This document shows, in pieces, positions 52,352-61,807 of a DNA stretch of 64,000 bases. The notes beneath the pieces were generated by a model. It was not told where the DNA came from. It saw only the letters and a list, made by a program, of their open reading frames with translations, and did not search any database. The position numbers and the translations under genes were made by a program. Where the stretch lies: positions 1,248,001 to 1,312,000 of the forward strand of contig OZ219866.1 in assembly GCA_964291675.2 (NCBI GenBank). Reading direction: 5' to 3'. How positions within the stretch are numbered: position 1 is the first letter of the stretch; each line of letters opens with the position of its first letter. The DNA is from Alphaproteobacteria bacterium (GTDB taxonomy: Bacteria; Pseudomonadota; Alphaproteobacteria; MPNO01).

Positions 52352-52975
52352 ATGCTCAGGATTCTCGGCCGCGCCACCTCGTCCAACGTCCAGAAAGTGG
52401 TCTGGCTGTGCGAGGAGGTGGGCCTTGCCTACGAGCGCGAGGATATCGGCGGGCCGTTCGGCGGCAACGACCGGCCGGACTACCTCGCCCTCAACCCCAA
52501 CGGCAGGGTGCCGACGCTGATCGACGGCGATTTCGTGATCTGGGAATCGAACGCCTGCGTCCAGTACCTCGCCTCCGGCCACGCCGCTGGAAGCTGGTAC
52601 CCGGACGACCTGCAGGCGCGCGCCCGCGCCGTGCAGTGGATGGACTGGTCGCTGGGCACGCTGGCGCCGACCCATGTGCCGGCCTTCCAGGGGCTGATCC
52701 GCACGCCGCCCGAGCAGCGCGACCCCGACGCCATCGCGCGCAGCCGCGACGCCTGGTCGAAGCTGATGGCGATGCTGGATGCCCATCTCGCCGACCGGGC
52801 CTATATCGCGGGCGAGACGATCACCATGGGCGACATGCCGCCGGCGGTGATCGCCTTCCGCTGGTTCAACCTCGACTTCGAGCGCGAGGACTATCCCAAC
52901 GCCAAGCGCTGGTTCGACACCGTCGCGGCGCGCCCCGCCTTCGCCCGGCACGTGGTCGATATCGGCCTCGCCTGA
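52352..52975 (+). CDS. Glutathione S-transferase (GstB-like), copy 1
   Basis: GR.TSSNVQKV, NPNG.VPTL, WESN. Confidence 0.9.
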   Translation: MLRILGRATSSNVQKVVWLCEEVGLAYEREDIGGPFGGNDRPDYLALNPNGRVPTLIDGDFVIWESNACVQYLASGHAAGSWYPDDLQARARAVQWMDWSLGTLAPTHVPAFQGLIRTPPEQRDPDAIARSRDAWSKLMAMLDAHLADRAYIAGETITMGDMPPAVIAFRWFNLDFEREDYPNAKRWFDTVAARPAFARHVVDIGLA

Positions 52976-53595
52976 TGCTCAGGATCCTCGGACGCGACAC
53001 CTCGTCCAACGTGCAGAAGGTGCTGTGGGCGGCGGGCGAGCTCGGGCTCGATTTCGAGCGCGAGGATATCGGCGGGAGGTTCGGCGGCAACGACACGCCG
53101 GACTATCTCGCGCTCAACCCGAACGGCTACGTGCCGACCCTGATCGACGGCGACTACACGCTGTGGGAGTCGAACTCGATCGTCCGCTACCTCGCCGCCA
53201 GCCATGGGGCGGGGACGCTGTGGCCCGCCGATGCGCGCATCAGGGGCAGCGCCGAACGCTGGATGGACTGGCAGATCGCGACGCTGAGCCCGACCATGGT
53301 GACCGTGTTCCGCGGCCTGGTAAGGACCCCGCCCGAAGAGCGCGACATGGCGGTGATCGCCGCCGCGCGCGACCGCACCGCCCGGCTGTTCGCCATGCTC
53401 GATGCCGCGCTCGCGGGATCGGACTTCGTCGCGGGACGGGACTTCACCATGGGCGACATCCCCGTCGGCATCGCGGCCTGGCGCTGGTACCACCTCGACA
53501 TCGAGCGCGAGGACTTCCGCAACCTGCAACGCTGGTACCGCCGGCTCGCGGAACGCCCGGCCTACCGGGAGCACATCATGAAGCCGCTCGCCTGA
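52975..53595 (+). CDS. Glutathione S-transferase (GstB-like), copy 2
   Basis: MLRILGRDTSSNVQKV paralog; TGATG overlap with copy 1. Confidence 0.9.
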   Translation: MLRILGRDTSSNVQKVLWAAGELGLDFEREDIGGRFGGNDTPDYLALNPNGYVPTLIDGDYTLWESNSIVRYLAASHGAGTLWPADARIRGSAERWMDWQIATLSPTMVTVFRGLVRTPPEERDMAVIAAARDRTARLFAMLDAALAGSDFVAGRDFTMGDIPVGIAAWRWYHLDIEREDFRNLQRWYRRLAERPAYREHIMKPLA

Positions 53596-53609
53596 GCGCG
53601 ACCCCGCCC

Positions 53610-54479
53610 GTGACGGGCTATCCGCCGGCCGTCCGGGGCGCCGTCTACATGACGCTGGCGGCGCTCTGCTGGACGGCGATGATGATTTTGGTCCGCGCGC
53701 TGGGCGGGGGATACTCGGTCTTCGAGATCCTGTTCGTCCGCAACCTGGTCACGGTGGCGGTCATCGTCCCGCTGTTGCTGGGAAGCCCGGGCGCGGCGTT
53801 CCGCACGCGCCGGCCGGGGCTTCACTGCACCCGCGTCGGCTTCGCCTATATCGGCATTTTGGGGCTGTTCTACGGCCTCATCCACATCCCGGTCGCCGAC
53901 GTGGTGGCGTTGAGCTTCACCCAGCCGCTGTTCATCGCCCTGCTCGCCGCCATCCTGCTGGGCGAGGCGGTGGGTATGCCGCGCTGGCGGGCGGTCGCGA
54001 TCGGCTTCGCCGGCGTGCTGGCGATCCTGCGCCCCGGCTTCGCCGAGATCGGCTTGGCCACGCTGGCCGTGCTGGCCTCGGCGGCCGCCTACGGGGCGTC
54101 CAATATCTGCATCAAGAAGCTGATGACCACCGACACCCCGGCCCAGAGCACGCTGTACGGCAACCTCCTGATGCTGCCGCTCTCCGCCCTGCCGGCCGCC
54201 TTCGTCTGGGTCACGCCGGGATGGTGGGACGCGCTGGCGATGATCGGCGTCGGGCTCGGCGGGATGGGCGGGATCTACTTTGTCTCGCGCGCCTATGCGG
54301 CGGCCGATGCGAGCGCGGTCGTGCCCTATGACTTCCTGCGCCTGCCGCTCGCGGCCGGCGCCGCCTGGCTGCTGTTCGGCGAGACCAGCGACGTCTGGAT
54401 GCTGGCGGGCGCGGCGATCATCTTCGCAAGCTCCTACGCGCTGGTCAGGATCGAGGCGCGGGAGGCGAGGGCGGGGTAG
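53610..54479 (+). CDS. DMT/EamA family transporter
   Basis: ~10 TM segments, FTQPLF...LA..LLGE, ILRPG; start uncertain. Confidence 0.85.
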   Translation: MTGYPPAVRGAVYMTLAALCWTAMMILVRALGGGYSVFEILFVRNLVTVAVIVPLLLGSPGAAFRTRRPGLHCTRVGFAYIGILGLFYGLIHIPVADVVALSFTQPLFIALLAAILLGEAVGMPRWRAVAIGFAGVLAILRPGFAEIGLATLAVLASAAAYGASNICIKKLMTTDTPAQSTLYGNLLMLPLSALPAAFVWVTPGWWDALAMIGVGLGGMGGIYFVSRAYAAADASAVVPYDFLRLPLAAGAAWLLFGETSDVWMLAGAAIIFASSYALVRIEAREARAG

Positions 54480-54482
54480 GTT

Positions 54483-55127
54483 CTACCGTGCCGGCAACTG
54501 GCCGCGGAGCTCGTTCAGCGTCTCGGCGAAACGGGCAAGATCGGAGGCGTCCACCGGCATGTTCAAGGACCCGTGGATGAAACGATTTCGATTGTCGGCG
54601 AGCGAGCGGAGGAGATCCGCTTCGTCCGGCGTTATGTTCCCTTCGAAGGCGAGGACCTCGATGAGGCGGCCCGGCGTCTGGGCGCGTTCGAACTTCCCCG
54701 GCAGCAGCTTGCGTCCCAGCGCCTCCAGTGTCGCCCAGGCTCTGAGCAGGGCAAGCTGCTCTTGCCCGTTCCCGCTCAATTTTTCGACTTCGCGGATCGA
54801 GGCATCGATGCTCTCGACCGGCACCGGTTCGACCGGTTCCGCCCTTCCTTTGGGTCGGGCGTAGTAGACCCGCAAGTCCCAGGCGGAGTCCCGCTCGAAG
54901 CGGCGCCGCAGTTCCTCGGACGCCGACTTGCCCTTCATACCTTCCAGGGTCACCTCGATCGCCAGATTCCTGGGCGTTCCGAGCGCGATGGCGTCCGGGC
55001 GGTACTCGCCCACGAAGGGAGGAAGATGCTCGGCCAGCGACTCCGTATGAACCTCGTAATCCTCCGCCTCCAGATCGCGGAGGATCCCGACCAGGAGCAG
55101 CCGGGCCTCGCTGTGGGAACGGATCAT
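54483..55127 (-). CDS. Hypothetical protein: REase-like N-terminus + HEPN-like C-terminus
   Basis: YRPDAIA......AIEV and RNRFIH motifs; atypical codon usage. Confidence 0.55.
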   Translation of the reverse strand: MIRSHSEARLLLVGILRDLEAEDYEVHTESLAEHLPPFVGEYRPDAIALGTPRNLAIEVTLEGMKGKSASEELRRRFERDSAWDLRVYYARPKGRAEPVEPVPVESIDASIREVEKLSGNGQEQLALLRAWATLEALGRKLLPGKFERAQTPGRLIEVLAFEGNITPDEADLLRSLADNRNRFIHGSLNMPVDASDLARFAETLNELRGQLPAR

Positions 55128-55160
55128 GTCAGCTCCTCGAACGGGTCGTCGGATACCGCC

Positions 55161-56375
55161 CTACACGATCCCGGCTTCGGCGAGGCGGCTGCGCTCGGCC
55201 TCGTCGATGCCGAGCAGGCCGCCGAGGATCTCCGCGTTGTGCTCGCCGAGCGCGGGGCCGGTCCTGAGCACGGCGCCCGGCGTGTCGGAGAGCCTGGGCG
55301 CGACGTTCTGCATGCGCATCGGACCGAGCACGGGGTCGGCGATGCGCACGATCGCCTCGCGCGCCCTGAAATGGGCATCGGCCAGCATCTCCGGCGCGCG
55401 GTAGATGTCGCCGTTGGGGATGCCGTGCGCGTTCAGCCGCCCGATCAGCGCCGGCGCGTCCAGCGTGGCGGTCCAGGCGGCGATGCGCGCATCCAGCTCG
55501 GCCTGGTTGTTGCCGCGCGCGATGTGGGTGGCGTAGCGCTCGTCCGCCGCGAGCCCGGGCTCGTCCATCGCCTCGGTGAGGCGGGCGAACACGCTGTCCT
55601 GGTTGGCGCCGATCAGCACCATCTTGCCGTCCTTGGTCGGATAGACGTTGGACGGCGCGATCATCGGCAGGATCGAGCCGGTGCGCTCGCGCACATAGCC
55701 GCCGATATCGTATTCGGTGACCAGGCATTCCATCACCGCGAGCACCGCCTCGTAGATCGCGCTGTCGACCACCTGGCCGCGCCCGGTGCGCCGGCGGCTG
55801 TGGATCGCCATCACCGCGCCCAGCGCGGCGAAGGTGGCGGCCAGCGTATCGCCGATCGATATTCCGGTGCGGCTCGGCGGGGTCGCGGGGTCGCCCACCA
55901 CGTAGCGCAGCCCGCCCATCGCCTCGCCGATCGCGCCATACCCGGCGCGCTGCGCGTAGGGCCCGGTCTGGCCATAGCCCGAGACGCGGACCATGACGAT
56001 GCCCGGGTTGAGCTCCGCGAGCCTGTCATAGCCGAGATTCCAGCGCTCCATCGTGCCGGGGCGGAAGTTCTCGACGACGATGTCGGATTGCGCGGCGAGG
56101 CGCCGGACGATCGCCTGGCCCTCGGGCTCGCGCGCGTTCACCGTCACCGACTTCTTGTTGCGCGCCAGCACCGGGAACCAGAGCTTCTTGCCGTGCGGCT
56201 TCTCCGCCCCCCATTCGCGCATCGGATCGCCCTTGCCGGGCTGTTCGAGCTTGATCACCTCGGCGCCGAAATCGGCGAGCAGCTGGCCGCAGAACGGCCC
56301 GGCGATGAGCTGGCCCATCTCCAGCACGCGCAAGTCGTTGAGCGGCCCCTGTCGGTCTGCGGGATCGATCGGCAT
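55161..56375 (-). CDS. CaiB/BaiF family (class III) CoA transferase
   Basis: IAGPF....LADFGAEVIK.E.PG.GD, RNKKS, VENFRPG, GD.... Confidence 0.92.
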   Translation of the reverse strand: MPIDPADRQGPLNDLRVLEMGQLIAGPFCGQLLADFGAEVIKLEQPGKGDPMREWGAEKPHGKKLWFPVLARNKKSVTVNAREPEGQAIVRRLAAQSDIVVENFRPGTMERWNLGYDRLAELNPGIVMVRVSGYGQTGPYAQRAGYGAIGEAMGGLRYVVGDPATPPSRTGISIGDTLAATFAALGAVMAIHSRRRTGRGQVVDSAIYEAVLAVMECLVTEYDIGGYVRERTGSILPMIAPSNVYPTKDGKMVLIGANQDSVFARLTEAMDEPGLAADERYATHIARGNNQAELDARIAAWTATLDAPALIGRLNAHGIPNGDIYRAPEMLADAHFRAREAIVRIADPVLGPMRMQNVAPRLSDTPGAVLRTGPALGEHNAEILGGLLGIDEAERSRLAEAGIV

Positions 56376-56442
56376 GGTCACCATTCCTGAACGGGGTCGG
56401 GAATCCTGGTTGCGCCCCGGCGCGGGTGTCAACGGCGCCCGG

Positions 56443-57111
56443 TCAGGCAGCGTTCCCCAGGCGGGAGACGAGAAACCGCCGGCCGATCTCGATCCCCGTC
56501 TCGTCGATGCCGTGGCCGAGCCCGGGCCTGACATGGGCGGCGACGTCGAAACCGTTCTCCGCGAGCGCCGCCTCCGCGTGGTGCAGGATGTGGAGCGGCA
56601 GCAGCTCGTCCGAATCGCCATGCACCAGGACCACCGGCGGGCGCGAGACCGTCTCCGCGGCCAGCAGATCCGCCCCTTCGAGCCGCCCGGAATAGCCGAG
56701 CACGCCGGCGCATTGCTCCGCTCGCCTGGGTGCCACGAACAGCGACATCATCGTCCCCTGGCTGAACCCGAGCAGCGCGAGCCGGTCCTCGGCGATGCCG
56801 AGGGCGGCGATGCGCTCGTCGATGAAGCCGTCCAGGATCGCCGCGGCGCGGCGGATCTCCGCGAGACGGGAGACCGGGTCCTCGTTCCAGACGTTGAACC
56901 ACTGGCGGCCGAACGGCGCCATCTCGCAGCGGTAGGGGGCGTGCGGCGAGACGAAGGCGGTGTCGGGCAGGGCCTGCGCGAAATGCGGCGCGAGACCGAT
57001 CAAATCGTTGCCGTCCGCGCCATAGCCGTGCGCCAGCACGATCAGCGAATCCGGCGTTCCGCCCGATGCCGGCCCCGCCTCCGGCCCTTCCAGCGCGATG
57101 AGATCGGCCAT
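56443..57111 (-). CDS. Phospholipase/carboxylesterase (alpha/beta hydrolase)
   Basis: HGYGADGNDL, GFSQG, HG..D, GH.I. Confidence 0.88.
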   Translation of the reverse strand: MADLIALEGPEAGPASGGTPDSLIVLAHGYGADGNDLIGLAPHFAQALPDTAFVSPHAPYRCEMAPFGRQWFNVWNEDPVSRLAEIRRAAAILDGFIDERIAALGIAEDRLALLGFSQGTMMSLFVAPRRAEQCAGVLGYSGRLEGADLLAAETVSRPPVVLVHGDSDELLPLHILHHAEAALAENGFDVAAHVRPGLGHGIDETGIEIGRRFLVSRLGNAA

Positions 57112-57248
57112 TCCGCCCCCGTCCCCCCAGTGTCGCCGGGTGTCTACAGCCGCGAGAGGGCCGTTTCAAGCGATACCGCGCCGAGCTCGGATCGGTTAGG
57201 GTCGCTTCCACCGTCCAGAGCGCAGCGACTCAGACGGAAACCCTTGGC

Positions 57249-57893
57249 TTGACCGATCCGGCCGATCCATCCTCGCCGCGTCGACGGGGCCTGCCGCGCC
57301 GAAAGGGCGCCCCGGTTTCGCGCTCGAAGGCGATCCGGCTCGGGTTGATTTGCCTCATCCTGAGCCCGGTCGGCGTATGGGCGATCTACAAGCCCGCCCG
57401 GGTGCTCGCACCGGAATGGGCGGGCGTCTCCTGCGTGAGCGAGCTGATCTGCACCGACGATACGTCCCGTACCGAGGAAGCCGCCGCCCTGTACGACGAG
57501 GCGTATGGCTTTGTCGCCTCCTCGGTCGGAACCATCGAAGCCAGGCCTCGGGTGATCTTCTGCGCCTCGCGGGCGTGCTTCCGGTCCTTCGGGTTCGACA
57601 AGGCGGCCGCCCACACCGTCGGGGTCTCCGGCATCGTGCTGGCCCCGCGCGGCTGGCGGGACTACATCCTGCGCCACGAGATGATCCACCATCTTCAGGC
57701 CGAGCGGCTGGGCGTCATCCGCCAGTGGCGCATGCCCGTCTGGTTCTCCGAGGGCATGGCCTACGCGCTCGGCGGAGACCCGCGGCCCGAGCTCGGCGAG
57801 CCCTGGCAGGGACACCGCGAGCGGTTCAAGCGCTGGTACCGGTCGGTCGGCAGGGAGAATCTGTGGGCGGAGGCGCGCAAGCTCTGGCCGTGA
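57249..57893 (+). CDS. Membrane-anchored putative gluzincin metallopeptidase (start uncertain)
   Basis: N-terminal TM, HEMIH plus downstream PVWFSEG.A. Confidence 0.6.
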   Translation: MTDPADPSSPRRRGLPRRKGAPVSRSKAIRLGLICLILSPVGVWAIYKPARVLAPEWAGVSCVSELICTDDTSRTEEAAALYDEAYGFVASSVGTIEARPRVIFCASRACFRSFGFDKAAAHTVGVSGIVLAPRGWRDYILRHEMIHHLQAERLGVIRQWRMPVWFSEGMAYALGGDPRPELGEPWQGHRERFKRWYRSVGRENLWAEARKLWP

Positions 57894-57898
57894 ACGGT

Positions 57899-58540
57899 CT
57901 ACGCCGCCGCCCGCCCCCGCCGCTTCGTGTTGAGGTAGTGGTGCCAGAGGATGCGCGCGGCAACCGACCGCCAGGGCCGCCACGCCTCGCCGATGGCCTG
58001 CATCGCCTTCTCGTCGGGGCGGGCATCGAGCTCCTTGATCGCCCGCGCCGCCTCCTGCAGGGCGAGGTCGCGGGCGGGCCATATGTCCGGCCGCTGGAGT
58101 GCGGTCAGCAGGTAGATATCGACCGTCCAGTCGCCGATGCCCTTGATCGGGATCAGGGCGGCGCGCACCGCCTCGTCCGCCGCGCGGCCGAGCTTGTGGA
58201 AATCGATCTCCCCGGAGGCCGCCGCCGCGGCCAGACCATGGACGTAGCGGGCCTTCTGGCGCGACAGCCCGGCCTCCCTCATCCGTTCCTCGCCGAGCGC
58301 GAGGATCGCGCCGGGCTCGATCGTGCCGGCGCGCTCTTCGAGCCTGGCGAAGGTCGCCTCGGCGGAGGCGAGCGAGACCTGCTGTTCGAGGATCAGCAGC
58401 ACCAGGGTGGCGAAGCCCTGCTTCCGCTTCCAGCGCGGCGGGGCGCCGTAGTCTGCCACCACCCGGCCGAGCGCCGGATCGCGCGCGGCGAGCTCGGCGA
58501 TCGCCGCCGCGTAGGATGCGCGGGTGAGGGCCATACCCAT
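57899..58540 (-). CDS. DNA-3-methyladenine glycosylase II (AlkA-like, HhH-GPD)
   Basis: ILEQQVS.ASA, GLSRQK, IKGIG.WT, D..P..D, W.PWRS.A. Confidence 0.88.
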   Translation of the reverse strand: MGMALTRASYAAAIAELAARDPALGRVVADYGAPPRWKRKQGFATLVLLILEQQVSLASAEATFARLEERAGTIEPGAILALGEERMREAGLSRQKARYVHGLAAAAASGEIDFHKLGRAADEAVRAALIPIKGIGDWTVDIYLLTALQRPDIWPARDLALQEAARAIKELDARPDEKAMQAIGEAWRPWRSVAARILWHHYLNTKRRGRAAA

Positions 58541-58571
58541 CTCCGGCGCTCTATGGCATAGAACCGCGGCC

Positions 58572-59411
58572 ATGGCAAAACGCGGCGCCGTCACCCGTTT
58601 CGCGCCGAGCCCGACCGGGCTCCTGCATCTCGGGCACGCCCATTCGGCGCTCTTTGCCCACGCGCTGGCCGGAGAAGGCGGCCGGTTCCTGCTCCGCATC
58701 GAGGACATCGACCGCGGCCGCTGCCGGCCCGAATTCGAGGCGGCGATCCACCAGGACCTCGCCTGGCTGGGCTTGCGCTGGGACGCCCGCGTCCGGCGCC
58801 AGTCGGAGCACATGGCGGATTACGCCCGCGCGCTCGATGCCCTCGACGGGATGGGGCTGGTCTACCCGTGTTTCTGCACTCGCGCGGAAATCAGGGCGGA
58901 GATCGCGCGCTCGGGCGCCGCGCCGCACGGGCCGGACGGGGCGCTCTATCCCGGCACCTGCCGCGGGCTCGCCGACGCTGCGGCGCGCGCAGCCGCCGGG
59001 GAGAGCCATGCGCTCCGCCTCGACATGAGCCGCGCCGTGGCGCGCGCCGGCCCGCTCGCCTGGCACGACCGCGAGACCGGCCGGGTCGCGGCGCGGCCCG
59101 AAATCTTCGGCGACGCGGTGCTGGCCCGCAAGGACACGCCCACCAGCTACCACCTCGCGGTCACGGTCGACGACGCCATCCAGGGGGTGAGCCTGGTGAC
59201 CCGCGGCGCCGATCTGTTCCAGGCGACCCATGTGCACCGCCTGCTACAGGCGCTGCTCGGTCTCGGCGTGCCGGAATACCGCCACCACCGCCTGCTCGCC
59301 GACGAGCGTGGACGGCGCCTCGCCAAGCGCCACGACAGCCTGGCGATCCGGCACTTGCGCGAACGCGGCCACACGGCCGACGAGGTCCGCGCGATGGCCG
59401 GATTCGGCTAG
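58572..59411 (+). CDS. gluQ: Glutamyl-Q tRNA(Asp) synthetase
   Basis: RFAPSPTG.LHLGH, LRIEDID, CFCTR, YHLAV.VDD, RLAKR; no anticodon domain. Confidence 0.9.
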   Translation: MAKRGAVTRFAPSPTGLLHLGHAHSALFAHALAGEGGRFLLRIEDIDRGRCRPEFEAAIHQDLAWLGLRWDARVRRQSEHMADYARALDALDGMGLVYPCFCTRAEIRAEIARSGAAPHGPDGALYPGTCRGLADAAARAAAGESHALRLDMSRAVARAGPLAWHDRETGRVAARPEIFGDAVLARKDTPTSYHLAVTVDDAIQGVSLVTRGADLFQATHVHRLLQALLGLGVPEYRHHRLLADERGRRLAKRHDSLAIRHLRERGHTADEVRAMAGFG

Positions 59412-60865
59412 GTGGGCAGCCCCCCGCGCTCGATCAGTTGGCGCAGGGCGCGCCGGTCCGCCTTGCCGGTGCGCCCGGTCGGCAGGGCATCGCCGACATG
59501 GACGGCGTCGGGGCGCTTATAGCCGTCGATGCGGCCCTCGGCCCAGGCGCGGAGCTCGCGCGCGGTCGGCGCGGCGCCCGGAAGCGGGACGATCAGCAGG
59601 TGGATCGCTTCGCCGAGCCGCGCGTCAGCGACGCCGGTCGCCAGCGCGTTGCCGACATCGGGGTGCTCCAGATAGAGCCGTTCCACCTCGAGCGGCGAAA
59701 TCTTGTGGCCGCCGCGGACGATCAGCTCCTTCGCCCGGCCGATCAGCTCGACGAGCCCGTCGGCGCGTTCCCGCGCCAGGTCGCCGGTGAGGAAATAGCC
59801 GTCCGCGTCATAGCTCGCCGCGGTCAGCTCGGGCTCATCGAGGTAGCCGAGCATGTGGTAGGGCGAGCGCAGCGCGAGCTCGCCGTCCGCCGCGATGCGG
59901 TACTCGATGCCCTGGCCGGGCCGGCCGATGCTGCCGGCGGCCGCGTCGTAGTCGTCGGGCCGGACGTAGAAATCGCCGGTCCCGCACTCGGTCATGCCGT
60001 ACACGTCCCAGAGCCGCACGCCCGGAAAGGCGCGGCGCAGCCGGCGTGCCAGAACGGCGGGCAACACCTCGCCGCCCGACATCATGTGTCCGGCCCAGGG
60101 ATGAAGCGCCGCGCCCCGCTCCGCCAGCATCGCGCGCAGCATCGTCGGCACGAACGGCGCCCGGTCGATGCCGCCATCGGCGAGATCGCCCAGCAGACCG
60201 GCCGCGTCGAAGCGCTGGCGCAGATGGACGGTGCCGCCGTGGCGCAGGGTGATCTGCGCCACCCATTGGGCGAAGGCGAAGTTGAGCTGCAGCGGCACCA
60301 GGCTCCGCGTGCCGTCTTCGAAGCCGAGCTCGCCGTCGATCCGGTCGAGCTTGGCGGAAAACCGCCGGTGTCCGACCACCATGGCCTTGGGCTCGCCGGT
60401 GGTGCCGGAAGAGAACAGGATGAAGCCCGCACCTTCCAGCAGCGGCCGTGCGGGCGGCGGCTCCGGGCCGAGCAGCCGGACCGTGGCCGGGGCTTGCAGG
60501 GAGGCCGGCGCGGCAAGCTCCGGGTTGGCGTTGACGACGATGCGCGCGCCGATCTTGCGCAGCGCGCCCGCGGCCGAAATCTCCACCGAATTTCGATGAA
60601 CCGGCGCCGCGACGCCGCCCGCGAGCCAGACCGCGAGAAGGGCGATCACGTCGCGCGCCCGGTTGGAGGTCGCGACGGCCGCCGGCTCGTTGGGCGCGAG
60701 GCCCGCCGCCCGCAGCTCCCCGGCCAGCGTTTCGGCCCCGGCCCGCAGATCGGCATAGGCGAACACCTCGGCCCCGTCATCGAGCGCGGGCCGGTCCGGA
60801 TAGGCGCGGCAGGCCTCCAGGAGTCGGGCCGCCAGCGCGCCCGGAACCGCATGCTCCTTCGCCAC
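59408..60865 (-). CDS. Class I adenylate-forming enzyme (acyl-CoA ligase-like)
   Basis: FSSGTTG.PK, YGMTE, TGDL, GR.KELI.RGG; start uncertain. Confidence 0.85.
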   Translation of the reverse strand: MAKEHAVPGALAARLLEACRAYPDRPALDDGAEVFAYADLRAGAETLAGELRAAGLAPNEPAAVATSNRARDVIALLAVWLAGGVAAPVHRNSVEISAAGALRKIGARIVVNANPELAAPASLQAPATVRLLGPEPPPARPLLEGAGFILFSSGTTGEPKAMVVGHRRFSAKLDRIDGELGFEDGTRSLVPLQLNFAFAQWVAQITLRHGGTVHLRQRFDAAGLLGDLADGGIDRAPFVPTMLRAMLAERGAALHPWAGHMMSGGEVLPAVLARRLRRAFPGVRLWDVYGMTECGTGDFYVRPDDYDAAAGSIGRPGQGIEYRIAADGELALRSPYHMLGYLDEPELTAASYDADGYFLTGDLARERADGLVELIGRAKELIVRGGHKISPLEVERLYLEHPDVGNALATGVADARLGEAIHLLIVPLPGAAPTARELRAWAEGRIDGYKRPDAVHVGDALPTGRTGKADRRALRQLIERGGLPT

Positions 60866-60947
60866 TGCTATAGTCTCCGTCGAAGCGGCGACACCGGCGC
60901 GGGAGCTTCCCACCCGACCGCCGGACGCGCAAGCGAGGGGCGAGACC

Positions 60948-61775
60948 GTGGCCTACCGGCACCTGATCCTCGAACGGCGGGACGACGTGGCCGTCATCAC
61001 GCTCAACCGCCCGGCGCGCGCCAACGCGATGCACCGGCCCCTGCTGGGCGAGATGGCGGATGCCTGCGCCAAGGTCGAAGCCGATGACGGCGTCCGCGTC
61101 GTCGTGCTGACCGGCGCCGGCAACGCCTTCTCCTCGGGCTTCGACCTGAAGGAGCAGGCCGAGAACCCGCCGGTGGGCGTCGCCGGCTGGCGGGCCGTAT
61201 TGCGGCAGGATTTCGACGCGGTGATGCGGTTCTGGCACCTGGGCAAGCCGTCGATCGCCGCCGTGCAGGGTCCGGCGCTGGCCAGCGGCTTCGAGCTCGC
61301 CTGCGCCTGCGACATCACCATCGCCGGCGAAGACGCGGTGTTCGGCGAGCCGGAGCTGAAATTCGGCGCCGGCATCGTGGTCATGCTGCTGCCGTGGCTC
61401 GCCGGCCCGAAGCTCGCCAAGGAGATATTCTTCACCGGCGCCGACCGGATCCCGGCCCGGCGCGCCTACGAGATGGGGCTGGTCAACCGCGTCGTGCCGG
61501 CGGGCGAGGAGCTCGAGAGCGCGCTGGCGATGGCGCGCGAGATCGCCGTCATCGACCCCAACCTGGTGCGCCAGACCAAGCTCGCCGTGAACCGCTCGAT
61601 GGAGCTGATGGGCATGGGCGAGGCGCTGGAAATGGCGCTCGACATCGACCTGCACATCGAGGCGGAGGGCTCGCCGGACAAGCGCGCCTTCCTGGAGGTC
61701 GCCCGCCGCGACGGGCTGCGCGCCGCGCTCGCCTGGCGCGACGCCCGCTTCGCGGCGGCGCGCGGGGCCGGCTGA
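60948..61775 (+). CDS. Enoyl-CoA hydratase/isomerase family
   Basis: LNRP..ANA, AFSSG.DL, G.ELA..CD, FGEPE. Confidence 0.9.
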   Translation: MAYRHLILERRDDVAVITLNRPARANAMHRPLLGEMADACAKVEADDGVRVVVLTGAGNAFSSGFDLKEQAENPPVGVAGWRAVLRQDFDAVMRFWHLGKPSIAAVQGPALASGFELACACDITIAGEDAVFGEPELKFGAGIVVMLLPWLAGPKLAKEIFFTGADRIPARRAYEMGLVNRVVPAGEELESALAMAREIAVIDPNLVRQTKLAVNRSMELMGMGEALEMALDIDLHIEAEGSPDKRAFLEVARRDGLRAALAWRDARFAAARGAG

Positions 61776-61807
61776 CGGCGCTATCGCGTGCGTTGCAGCG
61801 GACCCGA

